The notes below the pieces were generated by a model. The model ran no database searches. It was given only the letters and a program-made list of their open reading frames with translations, and was not told where the DNA came from. From a virus, in IMG/VR virus record IMGVR_UViG_3300020596_000014, positions 68,550-132,549 of that record: a stretch of 64,000 bases of DNA. One strand, 5' to 3'. The translations under genes and the position numbers were made by a program. Below, piece by piece: positions 1-9,416 of this stretch (within the stretch, counting starts at the first letter, position 1; each line of letters opens with the position of its first letter).

Positions 1-6
1 AGACTG

Positions 7-1989
7 ATGCCTTACTACAGAGCCCACCGACCGAGTTGTCACTGGGCGTACGTCAACTATCACACTGTCAACTTCTTCACGGGCGACTCGGTCCCGTCTG
101 ACGCCGCTTGGCTCTACCCGAACGTGCGAAACGACGCCTTCCCGAGCGGATGCTACTCCCCGACCGGTAGCTTCACATTCGAGTTCTATGTCAACCCACG
201 CTACTCAACGTCGCAGACGGGCTCGATCCATTTCAAGGCCGGCACCATCTTACATCTGTCGTCAAGCTACGCGCTCTCGCTGGTCTCAGGGTCTTCCCGC
301 GGTCGCGACGGCAACGCCGACGGTTTCCGCCTGCTTCTGCAACTCTCATCTAGTGCAGATGTCAAGCCGAGTCTAGTCACGCCTGGCTCCGGCGCCACGC
401 CTGCTGCCTGGTTGTCGAACGACAACTCGCTGAGTCGCAACAAGTGGCATCACGTCCTGGTCACGTGGGGCACTCACCGGAATGATCAAGGCACCGGCAG
501 CTTCTACGTCGACGGCGTGCAGAAGGGCGTCTTCGTCTTCCCGTCGGCGTCCTGTCTGTCGCCCTTTGCGACAAACGACGTCCTCTGTCTCGGAAACTTC
601 TACGAAGGCACAAACACCGACGCCTCGGTGCAGGCTCGCTTCTTTGCCGCCGACACCGCCGCGCGAGAAGGTGTCCACGCTCTCGACGGCGCCTCCGGGG
701 TCAACTACCCCGTCTCGTTTTCTTTTAACCACCAACTGAACGCTGAGCTTCATGACGTCAGTCTTCGCGAGGATTACCTGCCCTCGACGAAGGCGACAAC
801 ACTAGGGTTGATGAACCCAAAGAAAGCTCCAAGGAGCGCAAACCCTTACCTCTTCTACGTTCCCCCATTCTTCGTCCCCGGCGCTCCGACGTTGACCGAG
901 GTGAACGCGGCGGGCGGGTTGCTCATCACGCCGTTCCATGCGCTCGATGAAGGCAGCAAGCACCCGTTCTCGGCCCCCATGTCATTCGGCGTGGCTGGGC
1001 GCTACAACAGTCTCGAGAATTTCACGAGAGACTTCGCCACCAATCGTCACGCGCGGGTCCTGCACCTGACGGCAAGTCAGTTCCTTGATTCGACGCCGGG
1101 GGCGCTCGTTGCGAACGACTATCTCTACGCCACGGCTAGTGTTCGACTCCGTAACCTGAACGTCTTGCCTTGCGACGACGGCAACTTCCGCCCGAACTTC
1201 GAGCTCGCGTCGGCTCTCGATCTCGCAGACGACAAGCGTTTCGTCGACGACATCGGCAGCCCGTCGCCGGCCTTGATCTCGCTGCGTAACATGATCACCG
1301 GCTCGATCTATTCGAGTCTCTTCCACCAGACCGGAAGCATGTTCAACGACGTCGTCAAGATTGTTCCGGAGTCTAGCGCGCTGAACCCGACCGTTGTGCC
1401 GTCAGGGCTGTACGCTGTTCACCAACGGACGCAGGACGCGACCTCAAACGAGGTCATTATGTTCGACATCAGCAATTTGTTCTTCGGCGAGCGCATTCGA
1501 CCGGGCTCGTTCGTCATCAGCGACCCAACGCTCAGTGGCTCGAACGGGCGCGTCACGATGCGTCTGCAAGACGACGGCAACGGAGGTTTGTTCCGGGCTG
1601 ACGGTCTCACGCAACGTGCCGCGTGGAATCACGTCGGCAACGTCTTCTATGAGGAGGGTGTCATTCTCATCAAGAGCCCTGCTATCCCGTTCTTCGGGTC
1701 CGAAGGTTTCGACATCGAGTTCGAGGGCGAAAAGTCGGTTCACACTACGAAGCTCAATGTGCTTGTCGACGCGACGTCGTACAACACCTCGTCCAATCAG
1801 ACTTGGAGCTCCACTATGTCGGCATCCTTCGACGCTAACCGCGACCCAGAGAACGAGAAGTTCGTCACGATCAGCGGGGTCAATTTCCACGACGAGAACC
1901 TGAACATCGTGATGAGAGCGCAACTGGCGCAGCCTATCGTGAAACGTCGTGGCGATCGTTATTTGATAAGAATTCGCCACGACTGGTAG
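7..1989 (+). CDS. Virion structural protein with LamG/concanavalin-A-like domain (baseplate/tail-associated)
   Basis: 660 aa. 'SFTFEFYVNP...NKWHHVLVTW...FYVDG' is a LamG-like signature. The C-terminus 'ISGVNFHDENLNIVMRAQLAQPIVK' resembles baseplate/tail-fibre attachment domains. ATG overlaps an upstream TGA. Confidence 0.6.
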   Translation: MPYYRAHRPSCHWAYVNYHTVNFFTGDSVPSDAAWLYPNVRNDAFPSGCYSPTGSFTFEFYVNPRYSTSQTGSIHFKAGTILHLSSSYALSLVSGSSRGRDGNADGFRLLLQLSSSADVKPSLVTPGSGATPAAWLSNDNSLSRNKWHHVLVTWGTHRNDQGTGSFYVDGVQKGVFVFPSASCLSPFATNDVLCLGNFYEGTNTDASVQARFFAADTAAREGVHALDGASGVNYPVSFSFNHQLNAELHDVSLREDYLPSTKATTLGLMNPKKAPRSANPYLFYVPPFFVPGAPTLTEVNAAGGLLITPFHALDEGSKHPFSAPMSFGVAGRYNSLENFTRDFATNRHARVLHLTASQFLDSTPGALVANDYLYATASVRLRNLNVLPCDDGNFRPNFELASALDLADDKRFVDDIGSPSPALISLRNMITGSIYSSLFHQTGSMFNDVVKIVPESSALNPTVVPSGLYAVHQRTQDATSNEVIMFDISNLFFGERIRPGSFVISDPTLSGSNGRVTMRLQDDGNGGLFRADGLTQRAAWNHVGNVFYEEGVILIKSPAIPFFGSEGFDIEFEGEKSVHTTKLNVLVDATSYNTSSNQTWSSTMSASFDANRDPENEKFVTISGVNFHDENLNIVMRAQLAQPIVKRRGDRYLIRIRHDW

Positions 1990-2018
1990 GATCGTTGTAT
2001 GTTCTCCTATCTATTCTC

Positions 2019-2564
2019 ATGTCTAAGACATCGTTGTCACAACTCGTCAAGCAGATCGTGATCGAACAGCTCGCCCGTGCCCAAGTTCGTGCACTTCTGG
2101 AAGCGGTCGAGATCACTGATCCAGCTGTCGTTGCGAACAAGATGAAGGATCTATACAACCAAATCTGGGACACCGACGTGTTCACCGTCGAGCAGGATGG
2201 AAGAAGCTTCACCGTCAAAGGCCCTAGGGCTGTGCCCGTGAACGGGAAGACGCCGGACATTGGAAACAGTTCTAGTTTTGGTTCGCGTGATCCGAGCAAG
2301 CAAGGTCAAGAGTACCTGGACGACAACACACAGATCGTCAAGCTCAACAAAAACAAAGTCATGCAGACGTTGAAGTCGATGCTTCCCTCGACCATGAAGA
2401 TGAAGATCGGAGGCGCCGACTCTATCGTGTTCTACGGTGAGAACACACGGGTTGTTTGGAATTGGTACATGGTCAGCAGCAACGAGATCTGGGGATTCGT
2501 CGAAGCAAACAAGAACGGAAGCTTGGCAGATTCTCCCGCACCTGCTAGCGTCATCAAGGTCTGA
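2019..2564 (+). CDS. Hypothetical protein, putative internal head protein
   Basis: ATG at 2019 follows TATCTA (2008-2013). N-terminus 'SLSQLVKQIVIEQL' matches the shared amphipathic N-terminal motif. Confidence 0.6.
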   Translation: MSKTSLSQLVKQIVIEQLARAQVRALLEAVEITDPAVVANKMKDLYNQIWDTDVFTVEQDGRSFTVKGPRAVPVNGKTPDIGNSSSFGSRDPSKQGQEYLDDNTQIVKLNKNKVMQTLKSMLPSTMKMKIGGADSIVFYGENTRVVWNWYMVSSNEIWGFVEANKNGSLADSPAPASVIKV

Positions 2565-2971
2565 TGCTTATTAAGCGGCTGCGAAAGAAACGTCGCAGCC
2601 GCCGAGCGAAGCGTGGCATTCACGTTTCACCCAAACATATTGACCCCTTCAACTTCCGCTCTGGGTGGGAGCAGAAGTACGCGCTGTGGCTCGACGGCAA
2701 CGTGAACGTTGTCTCATATCGCTACGAGCCGTACGCGGTCGAGTACCTCTCAAACGTGCGCACCGGCAAGATTCGCAAATATTACCCCGACTTCGAGGTG
2801 ACGTGGGCAGACGGGAATAAGACGCTCGTCGAGATAAAGCCGAAGAAGAAAGTGACTGTTGCGAAGAACGTGAAGAAGTTCGCGGCCGCATCCATTTTTT
2901 GTCTTAAAAACGGGATGACTTTCGTTATCGTAACTGAAGTTGACTTGAAGACTCTAGGCTTGCTTAAGTGA
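2564..2971 (+). CDS. T4 gp4-like head completion nuclease / TnsA-type PD-(D/E)XK endonuclease
   Basis: Motifs 'FRSGWE', 'YEP...Y', 'YYPDF' and 'LVEIKP'. Confidence 0.8.
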   Translation: MLIKRLRKKRRSRRAKRGIHVSPKHIDPFNFRSGWEQKYALWLDGNVNVVSYRYEPYAVEYLSNVRTGKIRKYYPDFEVTWADGNKTLVEIKPKKKVTVAKNVKKFAAASIFCLKNGMTFVIVTEVDLKTLGLLK

Positions 2972-3513
2972 GAATATTAGGATTAGATTTAAGCACAAGT
3001 TGCGTCGGCTACTGTATTCTCGAGTCAACCGATCGCAGCATCGTCGAGCTCGGTCACATCTCACTGAAGAACGTCGAAGGCTTGTTCAACAAGATCGACG
3101 ACATCGTCCCGAAGGTCGCTGCCCTTCTTGTCGGTCACAACATCTCGAAGTGCTTCATCGAAGAGCCAGTTCAGATGTTTACGATGGGCATGTCGTCGGC
3201 GCACACGATCCTCACGCTCGCCAAGTTCAACGCTCTCGTGTCTTATCACGTGCGCAACCAGCTCGGTGACGCCAATATTGCGTTCGTGAAGCCGAACGAA
3301 GCGCGGAAGTCTTGCGGAATCATTCTCACGACAAAGGCGAAAGCGGGTGGCGCTTCGCAAAAAGAGCAAACATTTTCTCAACTTACGGCCCCCAACGGGT
3401 TGCTGTCTCACATTAAGTGGGACATGACAAAGACCGGCAAGGTGAAGCCTGAATCGTATGATCGTGCGGATGCATATGTTGTGGCCATTTACGGCGCCGT
3501 AAAAACGAAATAA
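2968..3513 (+). CDS. ruvC: RuvC-like Holliday junction resolvase
   Basis: N-terminal 'RILGLDLSTSCVG', central 'FIEE' and C-terminal 'DRADA' form the RNase H-fold catalytic pattern. Confidence 0.8.
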   Translation: MRILGLDLSTSCVGYCILESTDRSIVELGHISLKNVEGLFNKIDDIVPKVAALLVGHNISKCFIEEPVQMFTMGMSSAHTILTLAKFNALVSYHVRNQLGDANIAFVKPNEARKSCGIILTTKAKAGGASQKEQTFSQLTAPNGLLSHIKWDMTKTGKVKPESYDRADAYVVAIYGAVKTK

Positions 3514-3535
3514 CAGAGACCTAGCTTCTGGGACA

Positions 3536-4525
3536 GTGATAACCGTCTCACAGAAGTACGAGCTCCTCGTGAAGCTTCTTGGTCCTGGAAACATCGACAA
3601 TCGCGCAATCAACGCGCAATTTTGGTGTCCGTTCTGTAAACATCAAGACGGGAAGAAGCGAAAGCTCGCCGTACGTCTTGCCGACGGTGTGACCCATTGC
3701 TGGGTCTGTAACTGGTCCGCTAAGAGCCCGACGAAGCTCGTCTCTATTCTTGGAGCTCACCGTCTGCTCACGGATCTCGTTGCTGCCTTTGGAGACGGTG
3801 GACCTGTCGCCGAGGAAGAAATTATCGAGACAGTTGTCGAGGCAAAGCTCCCGACAGACTTCACTCTCGTTTGCGATGAGATCGACCGCGGCGTCTACAA
3901 CCAAGACAAGATCGACGCGATCGCTTATCTCCAGAAGCGAGGAATCACGTACAACACTGCTAAGTATTTCAGGCTTGGTGTCTCGTCCTCAGGTGCATTC
4001 AGACGTCGAGTCGTCTTCCCTTCGTTCGACGGCGAAGGTGCTCTTAACTTCGTCACAGCGCGCGCAATCGACGATGCCACCACATTCAAGTACTTCAACA
4101 CTCAGAGACAGCGCTCTGAAATCGTGTTCAACGAAGTCGATGTAGCTTGGAATCGTGAGTTGATTTTGGTCGAGGGTCCGTTTGACCTTACAGCATGTGT
4201 TGGCATGAATGCTGCCCCGATGCTCGGCTCATGGCTCGACGAGAACTATCTTCTCTTCAATCGCATCGTACTCAATCGTACACCTGTGTGCTTGGCATTT
4301 GACCCTGATGCTATTACAAAGCAAGCAAAGGTTGCGGCGCGACTGTTGCGTTATGAGATCCCTGTACGAGTTGTCGATTGGGCAGGACATCCAATGGATC
4401 ATGACCCTTCAAAAGTCGGTCACGCAGGTTTTCGACAAATGGTGAAAGACGCGAAAGCATTTGACGAGACAAGCGTTTTTCGCTCAAGACTCACGAGAGC
4501 TTTAGATTCAATGAGGTTAACCTAG
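3536..4525 (+). CDS. DNA primase (Zn-finger + TOPRIM)
   Basis: 'CPFC...HCWVC' zinc finger, 'YLQKRGI', 'RVVFP', TOPRIM 'LVEGPFD' and 'FDPD'. Confidence 0.9.
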   Translation: MITVSQKYELLVKLLGPGNIDNRAINAQFWCPFCKHQDGKKRKLAVRLADGVTHCWVCNWSAKSPTKLVSILGAHRLLTDLVAAFGDGGPVAEEEIIETVVEAKLPTDFTLVCDEIDRGVYNQDKIDAIAYLQKRGITYNTAKYFRLGVSSSGAFRRRVVFPSFDGEGALNFVTARAIDDATTFKYFNTQRQRSEIVFNEVDVAWNRELILVEGPFDLTACVGMNAAPMLGSWLDENYLLFNRIVLNRTPVCLAFDPDAITKQAKVAARLLRYEIPVRVVDWAGHPMDHDPSKVGHAGFRQMVKDAKAFDETSVFRSRLTRALDSMRLT

Positions 4526-5125
4526 ATGCGCATAGGGCACTTAGCTGATATTCACGTGCGCGGGCTATCGCGACACGACGAGATTCGAACCGTTATTACC
4601 GCGTTTTGTGAGGATGCTAAACAGCGGAAGCTTGATCATATTGTGATAGCAGGAGATATTTTCCACACAAAATGTTCAGGTATCACGCCCGAATCTATCG
4701 ATCTGATGGCATGGATGTTTCGTGAACTTGCCAAGGTCGCGAAGCTTCACGTTACGCTTGGTAATCACGACGGCGCGCTCTCTAACTTCACACGACAGGA
4801 TGCCATCTCACCCATCATCACGGCCATCGCAGACCCCAACATTGTTCTATACAAACAGAGCGGCGTTTATCAGATGGAGTCTGGCGTCAACCTTTGCGTC
4901 TACAGCTTGTTTGATCGCGAGAGGTGGGACGCGGTGGCGGCGGTCGAGGGCGACTACAACATCGCTGTCTACCACGGCTCCGTTGCTGGAGCTGTCTCCG
5001 AAGACGGCTGGGTGTTGAAGTCCGAAGTCAGCGTGCAATGGTTCGAGGACAAGAAGTTCGATTTAGTTTTGCTTGGAGACATCCACAAGCAGCAGTACCT
5101 CGGGTACAGGGAGTATGAGGAGTGA
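4526..5125 (+). CDS. SbcD/Mre11 (gp47-like) metallophosphoesterase nuclease, N-terminal fragment
   Basis: Motifs 'ADIH', 'AGDIFH', 'GNHD', 'YHG' and 'LGDIHK'. The ORF stops before the expected Y/F-x-G-S strand, which is found at the start of ORF 6203. Confidence 0.88.
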   Translation: MRIGHLADIHVRGLSRHDEIRTVITAFCEDAKQRKLDHIVIAGDIFHTKCSGITPESIDLMAWMFRELAKVAKLHVTLGNHDGALSNFTRQDAISPIITAIADPNIVLYKQSGVYQMESGVNLCVYSLFDRERWDAVAAVEGDYNIAVYHGSVAGAVSEDGWVLKSEVSVQWFEDKKFDLVLLGDIHKQQYLGYREYEE

Positions 5126-5331
5126 GACGCAAGTCAGAACGTCACGCGCTCTCTGGCGATGTCTGGCATTGCGAATACACACATCGTACCTGGATCATTG
5201 TTGGCAAAGGATCCGGGTACATGTTTGAAAAGGTATGGGCTGCACTTGACGTTGACACAGGCGAACTAATCCAGCGCGCCGCGTTCATCGACCTCAAATT
5301 CGGTCATGGATGGAAGAAGATCGCGCCTTGA
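5122..5331 (+). CDS. Small hypothetical protein resembling the ~65-aa paralog family at 52-53.5 kb
   Basis: GTGA coupling to the upstream stop. 'GDVW...WIIV...ALDVDTGEL' pattern. Confidence 0.55.
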   Translation: MRRKSERHALSGDVWHCEYTHRTWIIVGKGSGYMFEKVWAALDVDTGELIQRAAFIDLKFGHGWKKIAP

Positions 5332-6206
5332 GAACATGTGCTCGATGTTCGCAACCGTTGCGCGGGAAGCAGAAAGTGTACTGCTCGCGTACATGTCAAG
5401 CGCGTCACTTAGGAGCTAAAGCGGCGTTTATTGCTGTTCGCAACTGCGCGACCTGTAACGTTGAGCTCGTGATCCGCAACCGACGAACTGGACTTCATGA
5501 ACGAGTGTATTGCTCCAAGAAATGCTACGGCATTCATTTGAGCGTTGCATATCAGGGTGACGGTAACCCTGGAGTGAATCGTTCTCGTTCAGAAGAGGAA
5601 ACCGAGAAACGTCGAGCCTCAATGAAGAAGAAATGGCAAGACAAACAGTATTGCGAAAATGTGAAGATCGGGCAGCTTTCATTCGTTGAACAGAACGGGC
5701 ATTGGGGAGGAATGGATGAAGAAAGTTTTGCGAAACGACGTTCTACTTGTCGTGTTCGTTTTGGTGTTGATCATCCATGGATGCTTTCTTTGATTCGCGA
5801 AAAATGCGAAACAACTTCGCTAGAACGTCACGGTAAACACTCGTGGCAGATAGCGAAAGCCGCGATCCCAACATCAGACACTCGACCTGAGTTGCGTTTC
5901 GCGTCTATGTTGATAGACGCGAACGTGCCTTATCTTCATCCTTTTGACGTGTACTACTCAGAGACACGAAAATTTGAGTATGACTTCTACATGCCTGGTA
6001 AACGAGTTTTAGTCGAGGTAGACGGAGATTACTGGCATGCTCATCCGGACAAATATTCAACGCTAAACGAAACCCAAAAGCGTGTTCGTGTGCTTGATTT
6101 TCGAAAGAACGAACTTGCTGAACAACTTAGCTTGAAGCTAGTTCGAGTATGGGAATCTGATGTGATGAACAACAAATTGTCTAAGGTAATCGAGGACTTA
6201 CAATGA
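5310..6206 (+). CDS. Free-standing homing-endonuclease-like protein (Zn-ribbon repeats + Vsr/DUF559-type nuclease)
   Basis: N-terminal 'CARC...YCSRTC' and 'CATC...YCSKKC'. C-terminal 'PE...YDF...VEVDGDYWH...D..KN...LVRVWESD'. Confidence 0.8.
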   Translation: MEEDRALRTCARCSQPLRGKQKVYCSRTCQARHLGAKAAFIAVRNCATCNVELVIRNRRTGLHERVYCSKKCYGIHLSVAYQGDGNPGVNRSRSEEETEKRRASMKKKWQDKQYCENVKIGQLSFVEQNGHWGGMDEESFAKRRSTCRVRFGVDHPWMLSLIREKCETTSLERHGKHSWQIAKAAIPTSDTRPELRFASMLIDANVPYLHPFDVYYSETRKFEYDFYMPGKRVLVEVDGDYWHAHPDKYSTLNETQKRVRVLDFRKNELAEQLSLKLVRVWESDVMNNKLSKVIEDLQ

Positions 6207-8749
6207 AAAAGCTAGTGCCTTGGATCGGATTTGCCGGGTCGACTCTCCAAAACACCTACGCCGAAGACCTTGAGCATGGGTACCTCGTCTGGGACGTAGA
6301 CAAGAAGCAGCGCAAGCACACAGTTGAGTTCGTCGGCCTGCCCAACCCTCGTCCGTTCGTGACGGTTGATTGGCAAGGCGACGTCGAATCGACGTACGAG
6401 TCTGCCTCGACGTGGCCGCAGATGAGTCGCTTCCGCATCCGTTCCGCGTACTCACTTCCGTCGTCCGACGCAGCCTCGCTCAGCGCGAAGCTTCGAAAGG
6501 AGAAGCAGGCAACCGAGATCATTTTCAAGTCTGACGATGAGGAGTCTGCAAAGAAGTTCGCCTCAGCCAGCCTCGGCGTCGACGTGCGTTCCCTCGACGC
6601 GGTCGAAAGCATGTTACGCGAGTACTACTCAAACGAGCCGCTGGACGATCAGACATGGGACGGGATGCACGACGCGCTGTCCTCGGCGCACTCGCGTGTG
6701 ATGACTGAGGATGACACGGCTCGCGGAACTGTGTGGACCCTGAGAAGCCTGGAGTTCGAGAATCTGTTCGGCTACGGCGGGTCGAACCGCATCAACTTTG
6801 AGGACAAGTCTGGGATCGTCGGCATCTTCGGGCCGAACCGCATCGGCAAGTCCGGTATCGTTGGTGCCATCATGTATACCCTCTTCAACACGTCCGACCG
6901 CGGCGCAGGGAAGAACGCGCACATCGTCAACAAGCGTAAGAAGATCGGCACCGCCCGGGCAGTTGTGAACGTGGTTGGCTCTGACTACGAGATCAAGCGA
7001 CAGTCTGAGAAGGTCACCTCACGTGGGCTGCTCACGGCCAACACTTCGCTCGAGCTCAAGCAGTTGGACGGGGACGCTGTCAACCTGACCGGCGAACAAC
7101 GGCCGGATACCGAGAAGAACGTTCGCAAGCTGATTGGGAACTACGAGGACTTCGTCGTGACCTGCGGATCGATGCAGGACGACGTCGCTCGCTTCCTTCG
7201 AGAAGGAGCCACACAACGGAAGGCCATCCTATCTCGCTTCCTCGGGATCGACGTCTTTGAGAAGATCTATGCCCTGCTCAACAGCGAGCTCAGCGAAGTG
7301 AAGAGCAAGTTGAAGAACGTTGCTTCGCGTGACGATCTACTCACCGAGCTGATGGAAGTTGAAAAGGATCAACAGATGCGTCGCGACACAGTCGCTTTCC
7401 TCGAGGAGAAGAAGCCGTCGCTTGACGAGGCACGCTCACAGGCCTACGTTGAAGTCCAGAACCTCGCAACAGCCGTCACCATTCGCAAGGCGACTGCTGC
7501 CAAAAACGACCTCATCAAGCAGTCAATGCAGACGATGTGTGAGTGCGAGGTCGTTATGATTCCGTTGCAGGCAAAGATCAACGAAGCAAGCGACGAGATC
7601 GTCGTCTTCGAAGCGCAGCTGAGTCAGTGCTTCACGTGGGACGAGATGGACACGCGACGCAGTCAAATCAGCGACGCGAAGCTGGCCGTGCAGGCGCTAA
7701 AGGCCGACGCTGACAAGCGAGCTGTTGAGCTCGCTCGTTCAAAAAAGGTGTCCCTGAAGTTGATTGACGTTCCATGCGGCGACGAGTTTCCTGGTTGCGT
7801 GTACATCAAAGACGCTCATGAGGAGAAGCGACGAATCCCGATGCTTGAACTGGAGTTTCAGGCTGCAGCAGTGAAGCACACGGAATCGTTGTCGACGATC
7901 ACGCAGCTCGGTGAGGATGACCTCAACGCCGCGCGTGACATACGCAAGAGGCTCGAGACCTCGATCTCTGTCACGAAGGACGGCATTCGGGCGAACAAGC
8001 TTCGTTTGAAGACGCTTCAGGATAAGCACGACAAGGCGAAGGCCGACGCCGAGAAGTATGCGACCATCTTACTTGTTGAGAGTGATGTTGAGGAACGTCA
8101 CGTATCTGCTGTGATCACTCACAAGATGCTGACCGACGAACTCGCCGCTCTCGAGTTGGAGCTCAAGCAGTGCGCAAACCAACTTGGACGATGCGAGGTG
8201 AACATCGCCGCGTTGCGCGAATCGCTTGAAACCCGAGTCATGCTCGAACGTCAGAGTCGCATCCGTGAACTGCTTGTGAACGCGTTCTCGCGTCGGGGCA
8301 TCCCCAACATCGTGCTTGGCAAGCTGTTGCCTGCCGTGAACGACGAGATGAGCAAGATCTTGGACGGAATCACCAACTTCAACGTGACGCTCGTCGCCGA
8401 GGACGCTACCAATGCGCTCGAGATCTTCATCGACGATGGTGAGTCTGGTAAGGAGAGCATGCGACCGCTCGAGCTCGGGTCTGGTATGGAGAAGACGATG
8501 GCATCTCTCGCCTTGCGTGTCGCTTTGAGCAATCTCACGACGCTGCCTAAGACCGACTTCATGATCATTGACGAGGGCTTCGGTTCGCTCGATGATGTGA
8601 ACGCCGTCGCCTGCGTGTCCTTGTTGAAGTCGCTCAAGCGATGGTTCCGCTTCGTGCTTATTATCAGTCACGTGGACATCATTAAGGACGCCGTAGACTG
8701 TCACATCGACGTGGTCACTACGACCGACGGTGCGTTGGTGCTGTCGTGA
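6203..8749 (+). CDS. SbcD C-terminal part fused to SbcC/Rad50 (gp46-like) ABC ATPase
   Basis: Begins 'WIGFAGSTLQNTYAE...GYLVWD' (SbcD C-terminus). Then Walker A 'GPNRIGKS', coiled coil with a Cys pair 'CGDEFPGC', signature 'GSGME', Walker B/D-loop 'IIDEGFGSLD' and 'ISH'. Confidence 0.9.
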   Translation: MKKLVPWIGFAGSTLQNTYAEDLEHGYLVWDVDKKQRKHTVEFVGLPNPRPFVTVDWQGDVESTYESASTWPQMSRFRIRSAYSLPSSDAASLSAKLRKEKQATEIIFKSDDEESAKKFASASLGVDVRSLDAVESMLREYYSNEPLDDQTWDGMHDALSSAHSRVMTEDDTARGTVWTLRSLEFENLFGYGGSNRINFEDKSGIVGIFGPNRIGKSGIVGAIMYTLFNTSDRGAGKNAHIVNKRKKIGTARAVVNVVGSDYEIKRQSEKVTSRGLLTANTSLELKQLDGDAVNLTGEQRPDTEKNVRKLIGNYEDFVVTCGSMQDDVARFLREGATQRKAILSRFLGIDVFEKIYALLNSELSEVKSKLKNVASRDDLLTELMEVEKDQQMRRDTVAFLEEKKPSLDEARSQAYVEVQNLATAVTIRKATAAKNDLIKQSMQTMCECEVVMIPLQAKINEASDEIVVFEAQLSQCFTWDEMDTRRSQISDAKLAVQALKADADKRAVELARSKKVSLKLIDVPCGDEFPGCVYIKDAHEEKRRIPMLELEFQAAAVKHTESLSTITQLGEDDLNAARDIRKRLETSISVTKDGIRANKLRLKTLQDKHDKAKADAEKYATILLVESDVEERHVSAVITHKMLTDELAALELELKQCANQLGRCEVNIAALRESLETRVMLERQSRIRELLVNAFSRRGIPNIVLGKLLPAVNDEMSKILDGITNFNVTLVAEDATNALEIFIDDGESGKESMRPLELGSGMEKTMASLALRVALSNLTTLPKTDFMIIDEGFGSLDDVNAVACVSLLKSLKRWFRFVLIISHVDIIKDAVDCHIDVVTTTDGALVLS

Positions 8750-8943
8750 GACACTGGAAGCGCAAAGGTGACGCCTCAGGCCGACCGTCCTTATTTTGCC
8801 CAAAGTGTGATCGTTGCATGTCGTCGGTCGACGACGTTCGCTCACGTCAAGAACGTGGTTTTTGCCATCGTTGCTCAGAGAATGGCGCCGTGTCCGAGTT
8901 CCAGACGGACGATGTGATGATCGTTATCCGAGAAGACGCCTAA
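8746..8943 (+). CDS. Small Zn-finger protein
   Basis: 'CPKC...CHRC'. GTGA-coupled to SbcC. Confidence 0.6.
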   Translation: MRHWKRKGDASGRPSLFCPKCDRCMSSVDDVRSRQERGFCHRCSENGAVSEFQTDDVMIVIREDA

Positions 8944-8954
8944 CTATCAAGAAC

Positions 8955-9413
8955 ATGACTAGCAAGAACATCGACCTGAACGCCCTCGGACAGGCAATTG
9001 ACACGTCGTTCACGCGGTCGAGTGCCTCGTCTGGCCCGGTTCTCTCGACATATTCGGTCAAGGCTGGCTTCGTTGCTGGTGATAAGCTCAAGATCAAGGT
9101 GGTCTATTCGACCATTGTGAACATGGTGCGTGATCGCGAGCTGCAGGAGTCGAAGGAACAGTACGAGAAGGAAGGCGACGCCTACATCGATGCTGCCACG
9201 AAGCAGATCGTTAAAGAGTACAAGGTGTGGGTCGCCCCGGGTGAGAACGACGTCGATAAGCAAGCGTTCGACGATGACGATGATTTCTCTAAGAGTTCCA
9301 TCAAACTCAAGCGGATCGACGTGACGACCAACATCGAGATCGTCAATCTCAACATTTACAACAACAAACGAAGCGCGCTCTTCCGTCGAATCGCCTTGTT
9401 CGAAGTGAGCTGA
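8955..9413 (+). CDS. Hypothetical protein
   Basis: ATG at 8955 follows TAACTA (8941). Lies immediately upstream of the terminase. Confidence 0.6.
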   Translation: MTSKNIDLNALGQAIDTSFTRSSASSGPVLSTYSVKAGFVAGDKLKIKVVYSTIVNMVRDRELQESKEQYEKEGDAYIDAATKQIVKEYKVWVAPGENDVDKQAFDDDDDFSKSSIKLKRIDVTTNIEIVNLNIYNNKRSALFRRIALFEVS

Positions 9414-9416
9414 GCT

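Noticed and set aside
5122-6202. Self-splicing intron explaining the split SbcD
   Set aside because: The interval is fully occupied by two overlapping ORFs, and I could not see group I/II core elements. Not formally excluded without a covariance search.
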